From positions 56,348 through 88,347 of the forward strand of contig JAIUML010000013.1 of the NCBI GenBank assembly GCA_022565595.1: DNA of 32,000 bases. Direction: 5' to 3'. The notes beneath the pieces were generated by a model. The model was not told the DNA's origin. It saw nothing but the letters and a program-made list of their open reading frames with translations, and did no database searches. The stretch's first letter is position 1, and each line of letters starts with the position of its first letter. The DNA comes from Saccharospirillum sp. GTDB lineage: Bacteria; Pseudomonadota; Gammaproteobacteria; Pseudomonadales; Natronospirillaceae. The position numbers and the translations under genes are program-made. Positions 16,841 through 25,993 of the stretch are shown here, piece by piece.

Positions 16841-17674
16841 TCAATAAAGCCACCGCCTCACCTTGTCATAATTAGCCAGTACCAACTGCTGCGCCTCCGG
16901 GCTTCCATCCAGCATTTTGGTGTTTACCTGCAGGTCTTGCAGGGTGTATTGGGCCAGGGCGGCTCGGGTTTTTATGGTCAGAGTGTCGTTTTGCATTTGG
17001 TAATCCTGGGCGAGGATCTGTCGCTTTTCTTGACTCAACCTGGGGTCGGGCTGAATGATCAGGTCGATCCAGGTTTGCCAGTCGGTGTCCTGGTCTGCTG
17101 TTCGTTCGCTTGCATCCATCAACTCGGGTTCGCCGCGAAAGCGGCTGAGTACGAAGTCTCTGTAGGCCTGGCTTTTTTCACACCAGGCGCGTACGTGCCA
17201 GCGTAACCCGGTGTTCACCAGTGTATGGGGTGCGATCACTCGGCCTTCGGTATCGGCACTGGTTACCGAGAGGTATTCGACGTCCAGGCGTCGGTTCTCG
17301 CGCAGGGCGGTGACTATGGGGCGTATGATGGTGGGTGAAATAAGGCGCGGTGGGTGCTGTATTGTTTGAAAGGGTATCTGATGGTCGGTTGGGGCGGTGC
17401 TGATGCCGGTTAGCCAGTTCAGGTATTCGCTGACATCGCCCGAGAGGTGCTGCGGTTGAAAGTGCTCTGTCGGCTCATAGCATTTGTTGGCGGGGTTGTA
17501 GGCGAGTTGATCGGAGTAGGCTTCCCGGTATCGGGAAAGCTGCTGGCTGGCCGCCTGGCGGGTGATGCCGAAGTAGCGCGTCAAGGGCCCGGTGTTCACT
17601 CTGCCTTCCCACCAGGCATTCAACTCGATAAACCAGTCGTATTGTCGGCGATGTTCCATTGCCATGGTCTGCAC
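16841..17674 (-). CDS. HTH plus WYL-domain transcriptional regulator, co-oriented and immediately upstream of cas1
   Basis: The N-terminus has an HTH-like LTRYFGITRQAASQQLSRY. The central region, RVIAPHTLVNTGLRWHVRAWCEKSQAYRDFVLSRF, is typical of WYL domains. Confidence 0.75.
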   Translation of the reverse strand: MQTMAMEHRRQYDWFIELNAWWEGRVNTGPLTRYFGITRQAASQQLSRYREAYSDQLAYNPANKCYEPTEHFQPQHLSGDVSEYLNWLTGISTAPTDHQIPFQTIQHPPRLISPTIIRPIVTALRENRRLDVEYLSVTSADTEGRVIAPHTLVNTGLRWHVRAWCEKSQAYRDFVLSRFRGEPELMDASERTADQDTDWQTWIDLIIQPDPRLSQEKRQILAQDYQMQNDTLTIKTRAALAQYTLQDLQVNTKMLDGSPEAQQLVLANYDKVRRWLY

Positions 17675-17757
17675 AGCTCTTTTACGTCTGCGGCTGTGCT
17701 GTTACCCTACCACAGTTTTAGCTTCTGGTAAGGGGTGTTGTTCCTGGTGTTCTGGGG

Positions 17758-18660
17758 TCAAGGCTTCCGCCGCGCCATCTTCTGCTGTATCAACAACCCC
17801 GCAATTATCAGAAACAACCCACCAAAGGTCATTACCTGCAACGGCTCACCCAGAATAAAGTGAATCAAAAACAAACTGATAAAGGGCGAGAGGAAGATCA
17901 GGGTGCCGATGCGGCTGGCGTTGTTGGTGTGGTGCATGGCCAGTTGCCAGAAGACGAAGGTGATGCCCATTTCGAATACGCCGACGTAGGCCAGGGCGGC
18001 GTTTACTTGCCACAGGCTGAGGTCGGGCAGGCCGTCGGTGGCGAGCATCCAGACTATCAGTATCGGAAAGCCGTAAACGAAGTTCTGGAACAGGCCGATG
18101 ATGGGGGAGCGTTCGTCGCGGGTGTTCAATAGCCAGTAGGCGGCCCAGAGCAGGGTGGAGGCGAGGGCGAGAAAGAGGCCGAACAGGTCGAGGTCGCCGG
18201 TGACGTTCCGCCCGGCGAGGGAGATAAACACCACGCCGGAGTAGCCGAGCAGCATGCCGATGAGGTCCCACCTCGTCAGGCGGTGGCCGAGGAAGGGTAC
18301 GGCCAGCAGGCCGAGGGTGATGGCCCAGGTGTAGTTCACCGGTTGGGCCACCTGGGCGGGCAGGCGGTCGTAGGCTTCGAACAGTACGGCGTAGTAAATA
18401 ACGGGGTTGATCAAGCCCAGGCGCAGGGCGGCATAGCGTTGAACCCAGAGGGTACTCAGGGCGGTTTTCAGTTCGCCGCGTATGGCGAGGGTGGCGGCCA
18501 GTGCAAGAATGGAAAAGAAGGCCGCGCCTGCCATAAGCTGGCTGACGCTGACGTACTGCAGGGCCACCTTGAAGGCGGTGGCCACGGTGGACCACAGCAG
18601 TACGGCAATCAAGGCATAGAGCAGGGCTTTGTTTTCGGAGGCCATGGGGTGTCCATGCAA
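17758..18660 (-). CDS. EamA/DMT-family permease
   Basis: There are about ten hydrophobic helices and an N-terminal ALLYALIAVLLWSTVATAFKV typical of EamA repeats. Confidence 0.75.
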   Translation of the reverse strand: MHGHPMASENKALLYALIAVLLWSTVATAFKVALQYVSVSQLMAGAAFFSILALAATLAIRGELKTALSTLWVQRYAALRLGLINPVIYYAVLFEAYDRLPAQVAQPVNYTWAITLGLLAVPFLGHRLTRWDLIGMLLGYSGVVFISLAGRNVTGDLDLFGLFLALASTLLWAAYWLLNTRDERSPIIGLFQNFVYGFPILIVWMLATDGLPDLSLWQVNAALAYVGVFEMGITFVFWQLAMHHTNNASRIGTLIFLSPFISLFLIHFILGEPLQVMTFGGLFLIIAGLLIQQKMARRKP

Positions 18661-18691
18661 TACAGGAAGCCCGCTAGCCTACCTTATCGAT

Positions 18692-19831
18692 CTACAACTG
18701 CAACTCTATGTACCAGCCGCCGGACAGGCTGTCGTAGTTCGAGAGGTCCGGCCGTAATTTCCAGGTGAGCATCCAGCCCAGGTTCAGGCCTTTGGTGTTG
18801 GTTTTCAGGTTCACCGTGGCCTGCAGGTAGTCTTCGGATTCGTATTCGCGCGGGGTGCAGCCGCTGCAGCCGGGGTCGAGGGTGGTGCGGTAGGTGCGGG
18901 TGTCGACGTAGTGCAGCATGTTTTCAACGGTGACGGAGCGGTTGTCGAACATGCGGAAGCCGAAGCCGATGCCTCGTATGGCGTAGCGGTCGCCATCGTT
19001 GAACACGCGGTCGTTGTTGTCGGCAATGCCGGCCCGTTCGCTGCCCCACATCAGGGAGGCGCCAACGCGGTTGTTGGCCCAGATGCCCATGTTCCAGCGT
19101 TCTGCACTCAGGGCGAGCTGGCCGGGTTCGGCTCTGTTGTTGGTGTCCCAGGTGTACGAAAGGGTCAGGTCGAAGTCTTCAATCAGGCTGCGGTCTTTGC
19201 GCTCCGGGCGGCGTTCTATGCGTACTTCGGCTTCGGTGCTTCTTGGGGGCAGCGATTCGGGGCGGGTGGCCAGGGGCTCACGCACGCGGAAGTAGAAGGT
19301 GCCGTCCATGCTGAGTTGGGTTTCGCGGTTGCGCTGGCTGGAGCGCTGGGTGCCTTCAAAGCCATCGGGTTCCAGGTGAACGTCGCGTCGGCGAATGCCA
19401 TAGTCGTCCACCAGTTGCTCAAGCAGGTCGGCGGCGGCGTCGCGCTCTATGCGCTCGCGGCACAGCCGTTCGGTGCTGCAGGTGGCCTGGTAGGCGCCGG
19501 TGATGCGTTGTTCACTGCCAATCAGCTCGTCGGAGTCGCTCAGGATGGGGCCTTCTGCTGCGGCGCCTATCTGAGCCCAGCGGGTGGTGACGTGGCATTC
19601 GAAGCGGTCGGCGTCGTTACGGCCGAGGCGTTCGTCGGTTCTGGCGAGCATTTCCAGTTCGTCGGTATCAACGCCGAAGGTGCTGCGGGCATCGGCCTCG
19701 GTATCGGCAAAGGCGAGCTGGCAGGCTTCGTCCTGGCTTTGTGCTTCGGCCCTGGCTTCGAAGGTTTGGGGTTCCTGGCTCCAGGCCAGGGGGGCAAGGC
19801 CGAGCAGTGCGGCTACAGTCCAGTGTCTCAT
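18692..19831 (-). CDS. Secreted hypothetical protein with a beta-strand-rich, possibly outer-membrane, C-terminal half
   Basis: It has a signal-peptide-like N-terminus, MRHWTVAALLGLAPLAWSQEP. The C-terminal 180 aa show alternating aromatic/polar strand-like patterning. I did not recognise a family. Confidence 0.6.
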   Translation of the reverse strand: MRHWTVAALLGLAPLAWSQEPQTFEARAEAQSQDEACQLAFADTEADARSTFGVDTDELEMLARTDERLGRNDADRFECHVTTRWAQIGAAAEGPILSDSDELIGSEQRITGAYQATCSTERLCRERIERDAAADLLEQLVDDYGIRRRDVHLEPDGFEGTQRSSQRNRETQLSMDGTFYFRVREPLATRPESLPPRSTEAEVRIERRPERKDRSLIEDFDLTLSYTWDTNNRAEPGQLALSAERWNMGIWANNRVGASLMWGSERAGIADNNDRVFNDGDRYAIRGIGFGFRMFDNRSVTVENMLHYVDTRTYRTTLDPGCSGCTPREYESEDYLQATVNLKTNTKGLNLGWMLTWKLRPDLSNYDSLSGGWYIELQL

Positions 19832-20002
19832 GGCTACCTCCAGTGATATGGCGCTATTATCGGCGGAACCCTTGGGGGTTGCGAGTGCCAGTGGTCATTT
19901 TGCCACGTTTTTTGGCTGGGTATTGGCGAAAGGTCTGCGTTTCCAAGCCGGGGCTCTGTGCTGTTAATCTTCTGTTCATGTTGGATGAATGAGTGGATCA
20001 CC

Positions 20003-20479
20003 ATGGCGGACATGATTGTTTCTCTGCAAGGCCTGCCCGAGCGGGTGGTTTTGCCGCAAGGCTACAGCGTTTCGGTAGCCAAACCTTATGACAGAACGGT
20101 GGTACTGGATTGGGTGCGTGAGCACTTCAGCGAGAAGTGGGCGAGTGAGGTTGCCTGCGGTTTTGGCCAGCACCCGTGCAAGGTGTTGATCGCGCGCCAG
20201 GGGGAGCAGATGCTCGGCTTTGCCTGCTTTGATGTGACCTTCCCGGCTTTTTTTGGGCCGACTGGGGTGAGTGAGCAGGCGCGTGGGCTGGGTCTCGGCA
20301 AGGCGTTGCTGATTGACTGCCTTTGGGCGTTGAAGGCGCAAGGGTATGTTTATGGGTTTATAGGAGACGCCGGCCCGGTGGACTTTTACCGGAAAACAGT
20401 TGGCGCTGTTGCTTTGCCAGACAACCTCACCCCGGGTTATGAGCCGCCTCTGGCCGCTTCCGGTTTGCCAATAAAATAG
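20003..20479 (+). CDS. GNAT-family N-acetyltransferase
   Basis: The acetyl-CoA motif A-like sequence is VSEQARGLGLGKALL. The start is uncertain: 19958, 19985 and 20003 are all in frame. Confidence 0.65.
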   Translation: MADMIVSLQGLPERVVLPQGYSVSVAKPYDRTVVLDWVREHFSEKWASEVACGFGQHPCKVLIARQGEQMLGFACFDVTFPAFFGPTGVSEQARGLGLGKALLIDCLWALKAQGYVYGFIGDAGPVDFYRKTVGAVALPDNLTPGYEPPLAASGLPIK

Positions 20480-22569
20480 CCCTGAGCGTAGTCAACGCCA
20501 AGGGCTTGCAAACAGTCCTTGGCGGCCTGGCTGTCCACAAACTCGGCAACCAGTTTCAACTGATAACTCCTGGCCACATCGACCATCGAACGAACGATGG
20601 CCTGGTGTTTGGGGTTCTCTGCGATGTCGGAAATGAATTGGCCGTCGAGTTTAAGGATGTCTACCGTAAACTGGTTCAGGTATTCGAAGCTGGCCAGGCC
20701 TGCACCGAAATCGTCTATGGCGATGCTGAAGCCCATGGCACGCAGCGATAGAACATTGTGAACGGCGATCTCTTTGTTGGTAATGAGGTCACTTTCGGTG
20801 ATCTCGATGCAAATGCTTTGCGGCACGATGTTGTAACGGTGAACCTTTTCTCTGATCCAGGCCATCAGTGCCTTGTCGGCGAGTGTGGCGCCGCTGATAT
20901 TGATGTTGATCACTCCTGGTGCATCCAGCCCGCTTTGTAACGAGGCCAGCTTTGAGAAGGTCGTCTGGATGACCTGGCGATCGAAGTCGTTCAGGTAATT
21001 AAAGCGCTGGAAGACCGGCAGGAAGTCACCCGGGGAGACGATCGCTCCGTCCAGTTCTATTCGAGCGAGCACTTCAAATTTTTCGATTTTATCGTTTGCC
21101 AGGCTCTGAATGGGCTGCAGCCAGAGTGCCAGCCGGTCGGTTTCTACGGCTTCTCGGTACTGTTGAAAACGCAGCAGGAGTTCTTTACGTGCACTGATCT
21201 CTTTATCGTCATGGGATATTTGCAGCCGTTCGCTCGACTGTTGGCGGGCCATACCCCAAAGGGTGTGCAGTTTGGCGAGGTTGTCGGTCATGTTCTCGCT
21301 GAGGCGGTGAATCCCGGCGATGGCAAAGTCCATAGACAGCGAGGTTTGATCCAGAACGACGCGCAGTTGCAGCAAGGGCCGCAGGGTTGCAGCGTTGACC
21401 GACGCTGCCGGTGCCATGGCGACAAACACCAGGTCGCTGACTTTTGCGACCCGAGTCGCGCTTGGCAAGCGTGCCGACAACTGTTGCAACACCTGGCGTT
21501 CAATGTGGCCTAATTGTTCCCAGTTCAAAGTCTCCAGGTAGATGTCTTTGTTGATGGGTTTTAACAGCACGGAAGCAATGCCATTCAGGCTGGCTTGTTG
21601 GGTGGCCCAATTCAACAGCCCGCGCTCATTGAGTGTTTTGACGCGATGATCGTGCAGCGAAAGCCATTCTATTTCTCTGGATGCTTCGTCCCTGTCCATC
21701 CGTGTTGCGTGCAGCACATCGACGGTCATGAAGGCGCTGACCAGAAGCAAACAAAGCAATATCAGCTGATGCAGTTGGGTCATGGGTGTATAGCCGCCCA
21801 GGCCAAAGTAGGCCAGGCTCAGGTGGCCAATAAAGAGGATCAACAAGGCATGGCTGAGCGTCCCACGGTTGGTACTGTGAGCCAGCCAGGTCACAAAGGG
21901 TAATGTTAAAAACAGCGAGGGTTGTGCAAAGGCATGTTGCCCCAGTGCGTCCAGTAGCATCGGGATGGCCAGGGTGGCGAGCGTTAACAAAAGGTGATAC
22001 CACTGCAGGGGCTGCCGGGCTGTTCTCATCCAATGGCCCAGGACGGGAATGAGAAGAATCAGGCCGGTGAGCTCTCCGGCCAGGTAGACACCCAATATCA
22101 GCCAGCCGTCTTCAAAGGCCAAACTATTATCGTTGCTGACCAACAATAGCGTGCCAATCAGGCTGGCAGGAATGACGGCCAGGAAGACCATGTTACGCAG
22201 GTCGTGCAAGCGACGTTTGGTCATTGAGAGCGATGGCGCTCCCGCTTTGCTGTATCTCAGGTAGAGCAGGGGCCCAATCAGGGTTAACAGCTGAGCCACC
22301 ATCCATAGGGGCTTCATGCCAGCCTGAGTGCCCCATAGCCAGAAGGTGATCATCAACGCGACTATGGTCAAGGGGCGATGGCGAAGTGCCGTAATGGCGA
22401 AGGCGGTAACTGGCCAGAACAAATAGGCGTCGGCGTCGATAGGCGAAAGCAGCTCAGCCAGGCTCAGGCAGAGATAAAAGGCCGCGCCGAGCAGAAGGCT
22501 GGGGCGCCAGGACAGGCGGAACTCAAGCCTCAAAGGCTTGACCTGCTCGACCAGGGTGGTGTTTGTCAA
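20437..22569 (-). CDS. Membrane sensor protein with a degenerate GGDEF-like linker and an EAL (c-di-GMP phosphodiesterase) domain
   Basis: The N-terminal ~290 aa are multi-pass hydrophobic, possibly MASE1-like (unverified). EAL signatures present are FEVLARI, CIEITESD, AIDDFGAG, LKLDGQFI, VAEFVD and AQGYFIGKP. No intact GGDEF motif is present. Confidence 0.8.
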   Translation of the reverse strand: MTNTTLVEQVKPLRLEFRLSWRPSLLLGAAFYLCLSLAELLSPIDADAYLFWPVTAFAITALRHRPLTIVALMITFWLWGTQAGMKPLWMVAQLLTLIGPLLYLRYSKAGAPSLSMTKRRLHDLRNMVFLAVIPASLIGTLLLVSNDNSLAFEDGWLILGVYLAGELTGLILLIPVLGHWMRTARQPLQWYHLLLTLATLAIPMLLDALGQHAFAQPSLFLTLPFVTWLAHSTNRGTLSHALLILFIGHLSLAYFGLGGYTPMTQLHQLILLCLLLVSAFMTVDVLHATRMDRDEASREIEWLSLHDHRVKTLNERGLLNWATQQASLNGIASVLLKPINKDIYLETLNWEQLGHIERQVLQQLSARLPSATRVAKVSDLVFVAMAPAASVNAATLRPLLQLRVVLDQTSLSMDFAIAGIHRLSENMTDNLAKLHTLWGMARQQSSERLQISHDDKEISARKELLLRFQQYREAVETDRLALWLQPIQSLANDKIEKFEVLARIELDGAIVSPGDFLPVFQRFNYLNDFDRQVIQTTFSKLASLQSGLDAPGVININISGATLADKALMAWIREKVHRYNIVPQSICIEITESDLITNKEIAVHNVLSLRAMGFSIAIDDFGAGLASFEYLNQFTVDILKLDGQFISDIAENPKHQAIVRSMVDVARSYQLKLVAEFVDSQAAKDCLQALGVDYAQGYFIGKPEAARGGS

Positions 22570-22578
22570 TCGAGTAGA

Positions 22579-22610
22579 CTCGTCGTATTAGTGATCACTT
22601 TTACGACGAG
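22579..22610. repeat. 32-bp near-perfect palindrome between the ABC operon end and the EAL gene start
   Basis: The sequence is CTCGTCGTA-TT-AGTGATCACT-TT-TACGACGAG. Only the two TT dinucleotides break the symmetry. Confidence 0.4.
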
Positions 22611-22650
22611 AGCGCTCGACTGGTTTGCTCGAAAACGAATTCTCTTGTGG

Positions 22651-23493
22651 TTACTCCTTGACACCCCCCTGAGTCAAACCGGCGATAAACTGCCTGGAGG
22701 CAAGCATAAAGGCGATTAGGGTAGGCGCCATCATGATCAGGATGCCGGCAAACATCATGTGCCACTGAATCGAGAACTGCTGGTTGAAGCGTTGCAGACC
22801 CAGGGTGAGGGGGTACAGTTCTTCAGATTGCAGGAAGATCAGTGGCAGAAAGTATTCGTTCCACGCCTGCACAAAGGTGAGCAGGGCAATGGTGGCGATG
22901 GCCGGTTTCATCAGCGGGAAGATGATGCGCCAGTAAATGGTGAAGGGCAGGGCGCCGTCCATTCTGGCGGCTTCTTCGAGCTCCTTTGAGATGTTGCGCA
23001 TAAAGCTGACCAGAATAAAGACCGATACCGGCATCATGGCCGCGCTCTGCACCAGTATCACCCCAAGCAAGGAATCCAGCAGCCCCAGGTTGCGCACCGT
23101 GTCGAACAGCGGCGCCAGCGCCAGCCTAATCGGGATGGCCACCCCAATCAGAAAGCAGATAAAAATAAAGGTACTGCCACGGAAGGGCATGCGCGCCAGC
23201 ACAAAGGCTGTGGTGCTGGCGCAGAAGACGACGATGACCACACAGCTGACGGCGATAATGGCCGAGTTCATGAAGTACTGGGCGAAGTTGGCGTTAACCC
23301 AGGCGTGCGCGAAGTTGCCCCAGCTCCAGGGGTCTGGCAGGCCAAAGGGGTCACGCAGTACCTGGCCGACGTTGGGCTTGAGTGAATTGAACACGGCCGC
23401 CGCGAAGGGGATCAGCACCACCGCAACCCAGGCCAACATGATAAATTGCACCAGCAGTTGTTCGCGCTTGTTGAGTTTGAATATCTTGTCCAT
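22651..23493 (-). CDS. Carbohydrate ABC transporter permease (MalG-like)
   Basis: It has six hydrophobic helices and an EAA-loop-like ELEEAARMDGALPFTIYWRIIFPLMKP. Confidence 0.85.
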   Translation of the reverse strand: MDKIFKLNKREQLLVQFIMLAWVAVVLIPFAAAVFNSLKPNVGQVLRDPFGLPDPWSWGNFAHAWVNANFAQYFMNSAIIAVSCVVIVVFCASTTAFVLARMPFRGSTFIFICFLIGVAIPIRLALAPLFDTVRNLGLLDSLLGVILVQSAAMMPVSVFILVSFMRNISKELEEAARMDGALPFTIYWRIIFPLMKPAIATIALLTFVQAWNEYFLPLIFLQSEELYPLTLGLQRFNQQFSIQWHMMFAGILIMMAPTLIAFMLASRQFIAGLTQGGVKE

Positions 23494-23502
23494 GGTGCGT
23501 CC

Positions 23503-24510
23503 TTATTGTTGTCTCAGGTTGCGCAAGGCGAGAAACAAAGCCGCCGGCAATATCATGATGGCGGTTAACAAACCGATGGCCGCGGCCATGCCGAAGTTGG
23601 TGTCGGTGGTGTCGGCGCTGCCGCCAAAGGCGGTTCGGAACAGGAAGGTGCCCATGATGTCGGTGGAGCGCAGCGGGCCCGCTTCAGGCCCCATGATCAG
23701 CAGCACGTAGTCGGCGTTGTTGAACACATCGACCATCACAATCACGGTGATCAGAATGAACGCCGGGCCCAGTACGGGGAAAACGACATGGCGAATGGAT
23801 TGCCAGCGGCTGGCACCATCGAGCATCGAGGCCTCCAGCAAATCCGACCGAACCGCGAGTATGCCGGAGAGGATCAACATGATGGCGAAGCCCATTCGGT
23901 GCCAGGTGTAGAACATCGACATGGTGATCAGAGCGGTGTCTTCCGAACCCAGAAAAGGGAAGGGGCTATCAAGCAAGCCGGATTGCACCAGGGCAGCGTT
24001 CAGCGGGCCGCGCGGGTGGACAAACAAATCCAGCAGGTAGGCGACGGCCGCCCCTGCCATAGGATAGGGTAAAAAGAATATCACCTGGTAGGTTTTGCGC
24101 CCCCAGGTTTTGACGCTGAGCAACATGGCCAGCAGGGTGCCAATGAGCAGAAAGCAGACGATGATGACGACAAAGAACACCAGGTTCTGGATCAGGGCAT
24201 TGAGCATCTGGTCTCGGTAGTAGGGGTGCGTCAGTACCTTGGTGAAGTTGTCGAACCCGACGTAAACTTTCGGGCCGATGCCCGGCCAGTTGACCAGGCT
24301 GAGCTGAAACAGAGCCAGCAGCGGAATAAAGTTGAAGGTGGCGTAGAGCAGTACGCCGGGCGCCAGCAGCAGGTTACGCTGGATGATCTCCACAGCGCGA
24401 TAGCTGATCCGGTGAACCGGTTTGGACGTTGTAGACGACATACTATCTGGCCTGGGTGGTGCCAATGGTTCGGTTTTGGCAGATTCGGTCATGATAATCA
24501 CACTGGGCAA
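23503..24510 (-). CDS. Carbohydrate ABC transporter permease (MalF-like)
   Basis: It has multi-pass topology and an EAA-loop-like LLEASMLDGASRWQSIRHVVFPVLGP. The start is uncertain because there are several in-frame Met codons. Confidence 0.85.
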   Translation of the reverse strand: MPSVIIMTESAKTEPLAPPRPDSMSSTTSKPVHRISYRAVEIIQRNLLLAPGVLLYATFNFIPLLALFQLSLVNWPGIGPKVYVGFDNFTKVLTHPYYRDQMLNALIQNLVFFVVIIVCFLLIGTLLAMLLSVKTWGRKTYQVIFFLPYPMAGAAVAYLLDLFVHPRGPLNAALVQSGLLDSPFPFLGSEDTALITMSMFYTWHRMGFAIMLILSGILAVRSDLLEASMLDGASRWQSIRHVVFPVLGPAFILITVIVMVDVFNNADYVLLIMGPEAGPLRSTDIMGTFLFRTAFGGSADTTDTNFGMAAAIGLLTAIMILPAALFLALRNLRQQ

Positions 24511-24598
24511 GGAATACAGGAGGGGAAAAATCCCCTGAAGGCTTCCCGAAGGTCGCCTTCAGAGGTAAAGCAAGGGTCAGCCGGAGAGTGCGGCTGCC

Positions 24599-25849
24599 TT
24601 ACAATGCACAGTTGCTGGCGCCAACATAGCCGGCCTGGTTCAGGCCTGACTGTATTTTTTCAGCCAGTTCACGCGGGCTGATGCGGCCGGCGAGCATTTG
24701 TTGCATGCCTTCCGAAACCAGAGGGCGGTAACCCGGGTCGACGCTGATCAGCGAGTCTTCAAAGAAGGGCTGAGCGGCCAGCGAGTTGTTGGAGATCATC
24801 TCTGCAGCCCGTTGCACACGCTCGTTGCTGACGTCTACAGGATGGTTGGAAGCAGGTACGGCTTCGACCAGGTCGGCAAAGAGCTGGGTGAACTGGGGTG
24901 TTGTGTAGAACTCCAGTACTTTTTGTACGGCGTCCATTTTGTCCGAGTTCGGGTTGTAGGCCAGGTGGGCATCGGTGAAGCCATAGACCTTGCCGGCGTT
25001 ACCGGGAATGGGCATAAAGCCCAGTTCCAGAGTCGGGTCGATCTGGTACATGGGTGAAGCCGGTGTGGCGGACCAGATGCCGTCGATCATCATGGCCGAG
25101 GTGCCCAGGGCAACGCCGGTGCGCATGGCGCCGTAGTCATCGGCCAGGGGGTTGGGGTTCAACCAGCCGTTGTCACGCCAGGAGACAAAGCGCTCCATGG
25201 CTTCAACGTAGATGTCGTCGGTAAAGCAGGTGGTGCCTTCGACAACGCCAATGGCCCATTCGTCGCTGGTCATACCGGCGAGGATGGTTTCATGCAGCAC
25301 CTGGTTGAGGTACCAGCCATCGCGGCCATCGACGTGCAACGGAATGATGCCCTGGGCTTTCAGGTCGGCAAAGGTGGCTTCGAGTTCTTCCAGAGTAGCG
25401 GGTTCGTGGTCGAGTACGGCCTTGTTATAGAGAATGGCTTCCATCTCCATGACGAAGGGTACGCCGTAGATCTCGCCATCCAGGCCGCGCGCACCGGCCA
25501 GGGCGGCTTCGCCAAAGGCACTCAGATCGATGCCCAGGTCGGTTACCGGTGCAGCAACACCGGCGTTGATCCAGGGCTGCAACCAGGCGGAACCGGCTTT
25601 GGCGTGGTAGAGGTCGGGCCGGTTGGTTTGCATGTCGATGCGCAGCTTGGCTTCGATGTCTTCGGTGTAGACGTTCAGGTTGACCTTCACGCCAGGAATC
25701 AGATGACGTTCATTGATGTAGTCGAACAGGGCCTTGTCCTGCTCACGCCAGGTGTAGAGCTGGACGGTGGTGTCGGCCAGGGCGAATTGGCTGGCAGCCA
25801 GGGTAGCAACGGCCGTGGCCAGGGCCAGAGTCTTCTGTAAGCGTTTCAT
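24599..25849 (-). CDS. Extracellular solute-binding protein of a sugar (probably chitobiose) ABC transporter
   Basis: MKRLQKTLALATAVATLAASQFALA is a signal peptide. I chose ATG 25849 because AAGAGG lies 6 nt upstream. The ORF-track start at 25900 adds 17 unlikely residues. Confidence 0.85.
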   Translation of the reverse strand: MKRLQKTLALATAVATLAASQFALADTTVQLYTWREQDKALFDYINERHLIPGVKVNLNVYTEDIEAKLRIDMQTNRPDLYHAKAGSAWLQPWINAGVAAPVTDLGIDLSAFGEAALAGARGLDGEIYGVPFVMEMEAILYNKAVLDHEPATLEELEATFADLKAQGIIPLHVDGRDGWYLNQVLHETILAGMTSDEWAIGVVEGTTCFTDDIYVEAMERFVSWRDNGWLNPNPLADDYGAMRTGVALGTSAMMIDGIWSATPASPMYQIDPTLELGFMPIPGNAGKVYGFTDAHLAYNPNSDKMDAVQKVLEFYTTPQFTQLFADLVEAVPASNHPVDVSNERVQRAAEMISNNSLAAQPFFEDSLISVDPGYRPLVSEGMQQMLAGRISPRELAEKIQSGLNQAGYVGASNCAL

Positions 25850-25892
25850 ACGAACCTCTTTGTTGTTTTTTCCATAGTGGCAAGCCCAATAT

Positions 25893-25921
25893 AATACCAA
25901 TAACAGTATTGGGCAATACCA
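25893..25921. promoter_or_regulatory. Candidate NagQ-type (GntR) operator upstream of the binding-protein gene
   Basis: On the plus strand the site reads AATACCA-N4-CAGTATT-N4-AATACCA. These are TGGTATT-type heptamers at 11-bp phasing. Confidence 0.5.
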
Positions 25922-25993
25922 AAAGAGACTTTTCTGCCGTAAATTTGATTCCTTTGGGTTAACTGATTGAAATGGCTCAGGTTTTTGAATGCC

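Noticed and set aside
17846-19967. Long alternative-frame and antisense ORFs overlap the EamA and secreted-protein genes (249 aa, 311 aa, 161 aa, 127 aa and others). They are rich in Arg, Pro, Gly and Ala.
   Set aside because: These are typical spurious open frames in GC-rich coding DNA. They have no motifs or start signals and they fully overlap better-supported genes. The same applies to the antisense ORFs inside cas2-3, the EAL gene, the ABC genes, GH20, nagK and nagA.
20437-20479. The GNAT and EAL genes converge and overlap by 43 nt, which could be a regulatory feature.
   Set aside because: Convergent 3' overlaps of this size are common, and the overlap depends only on the two stop codons. 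There is no associated structure.
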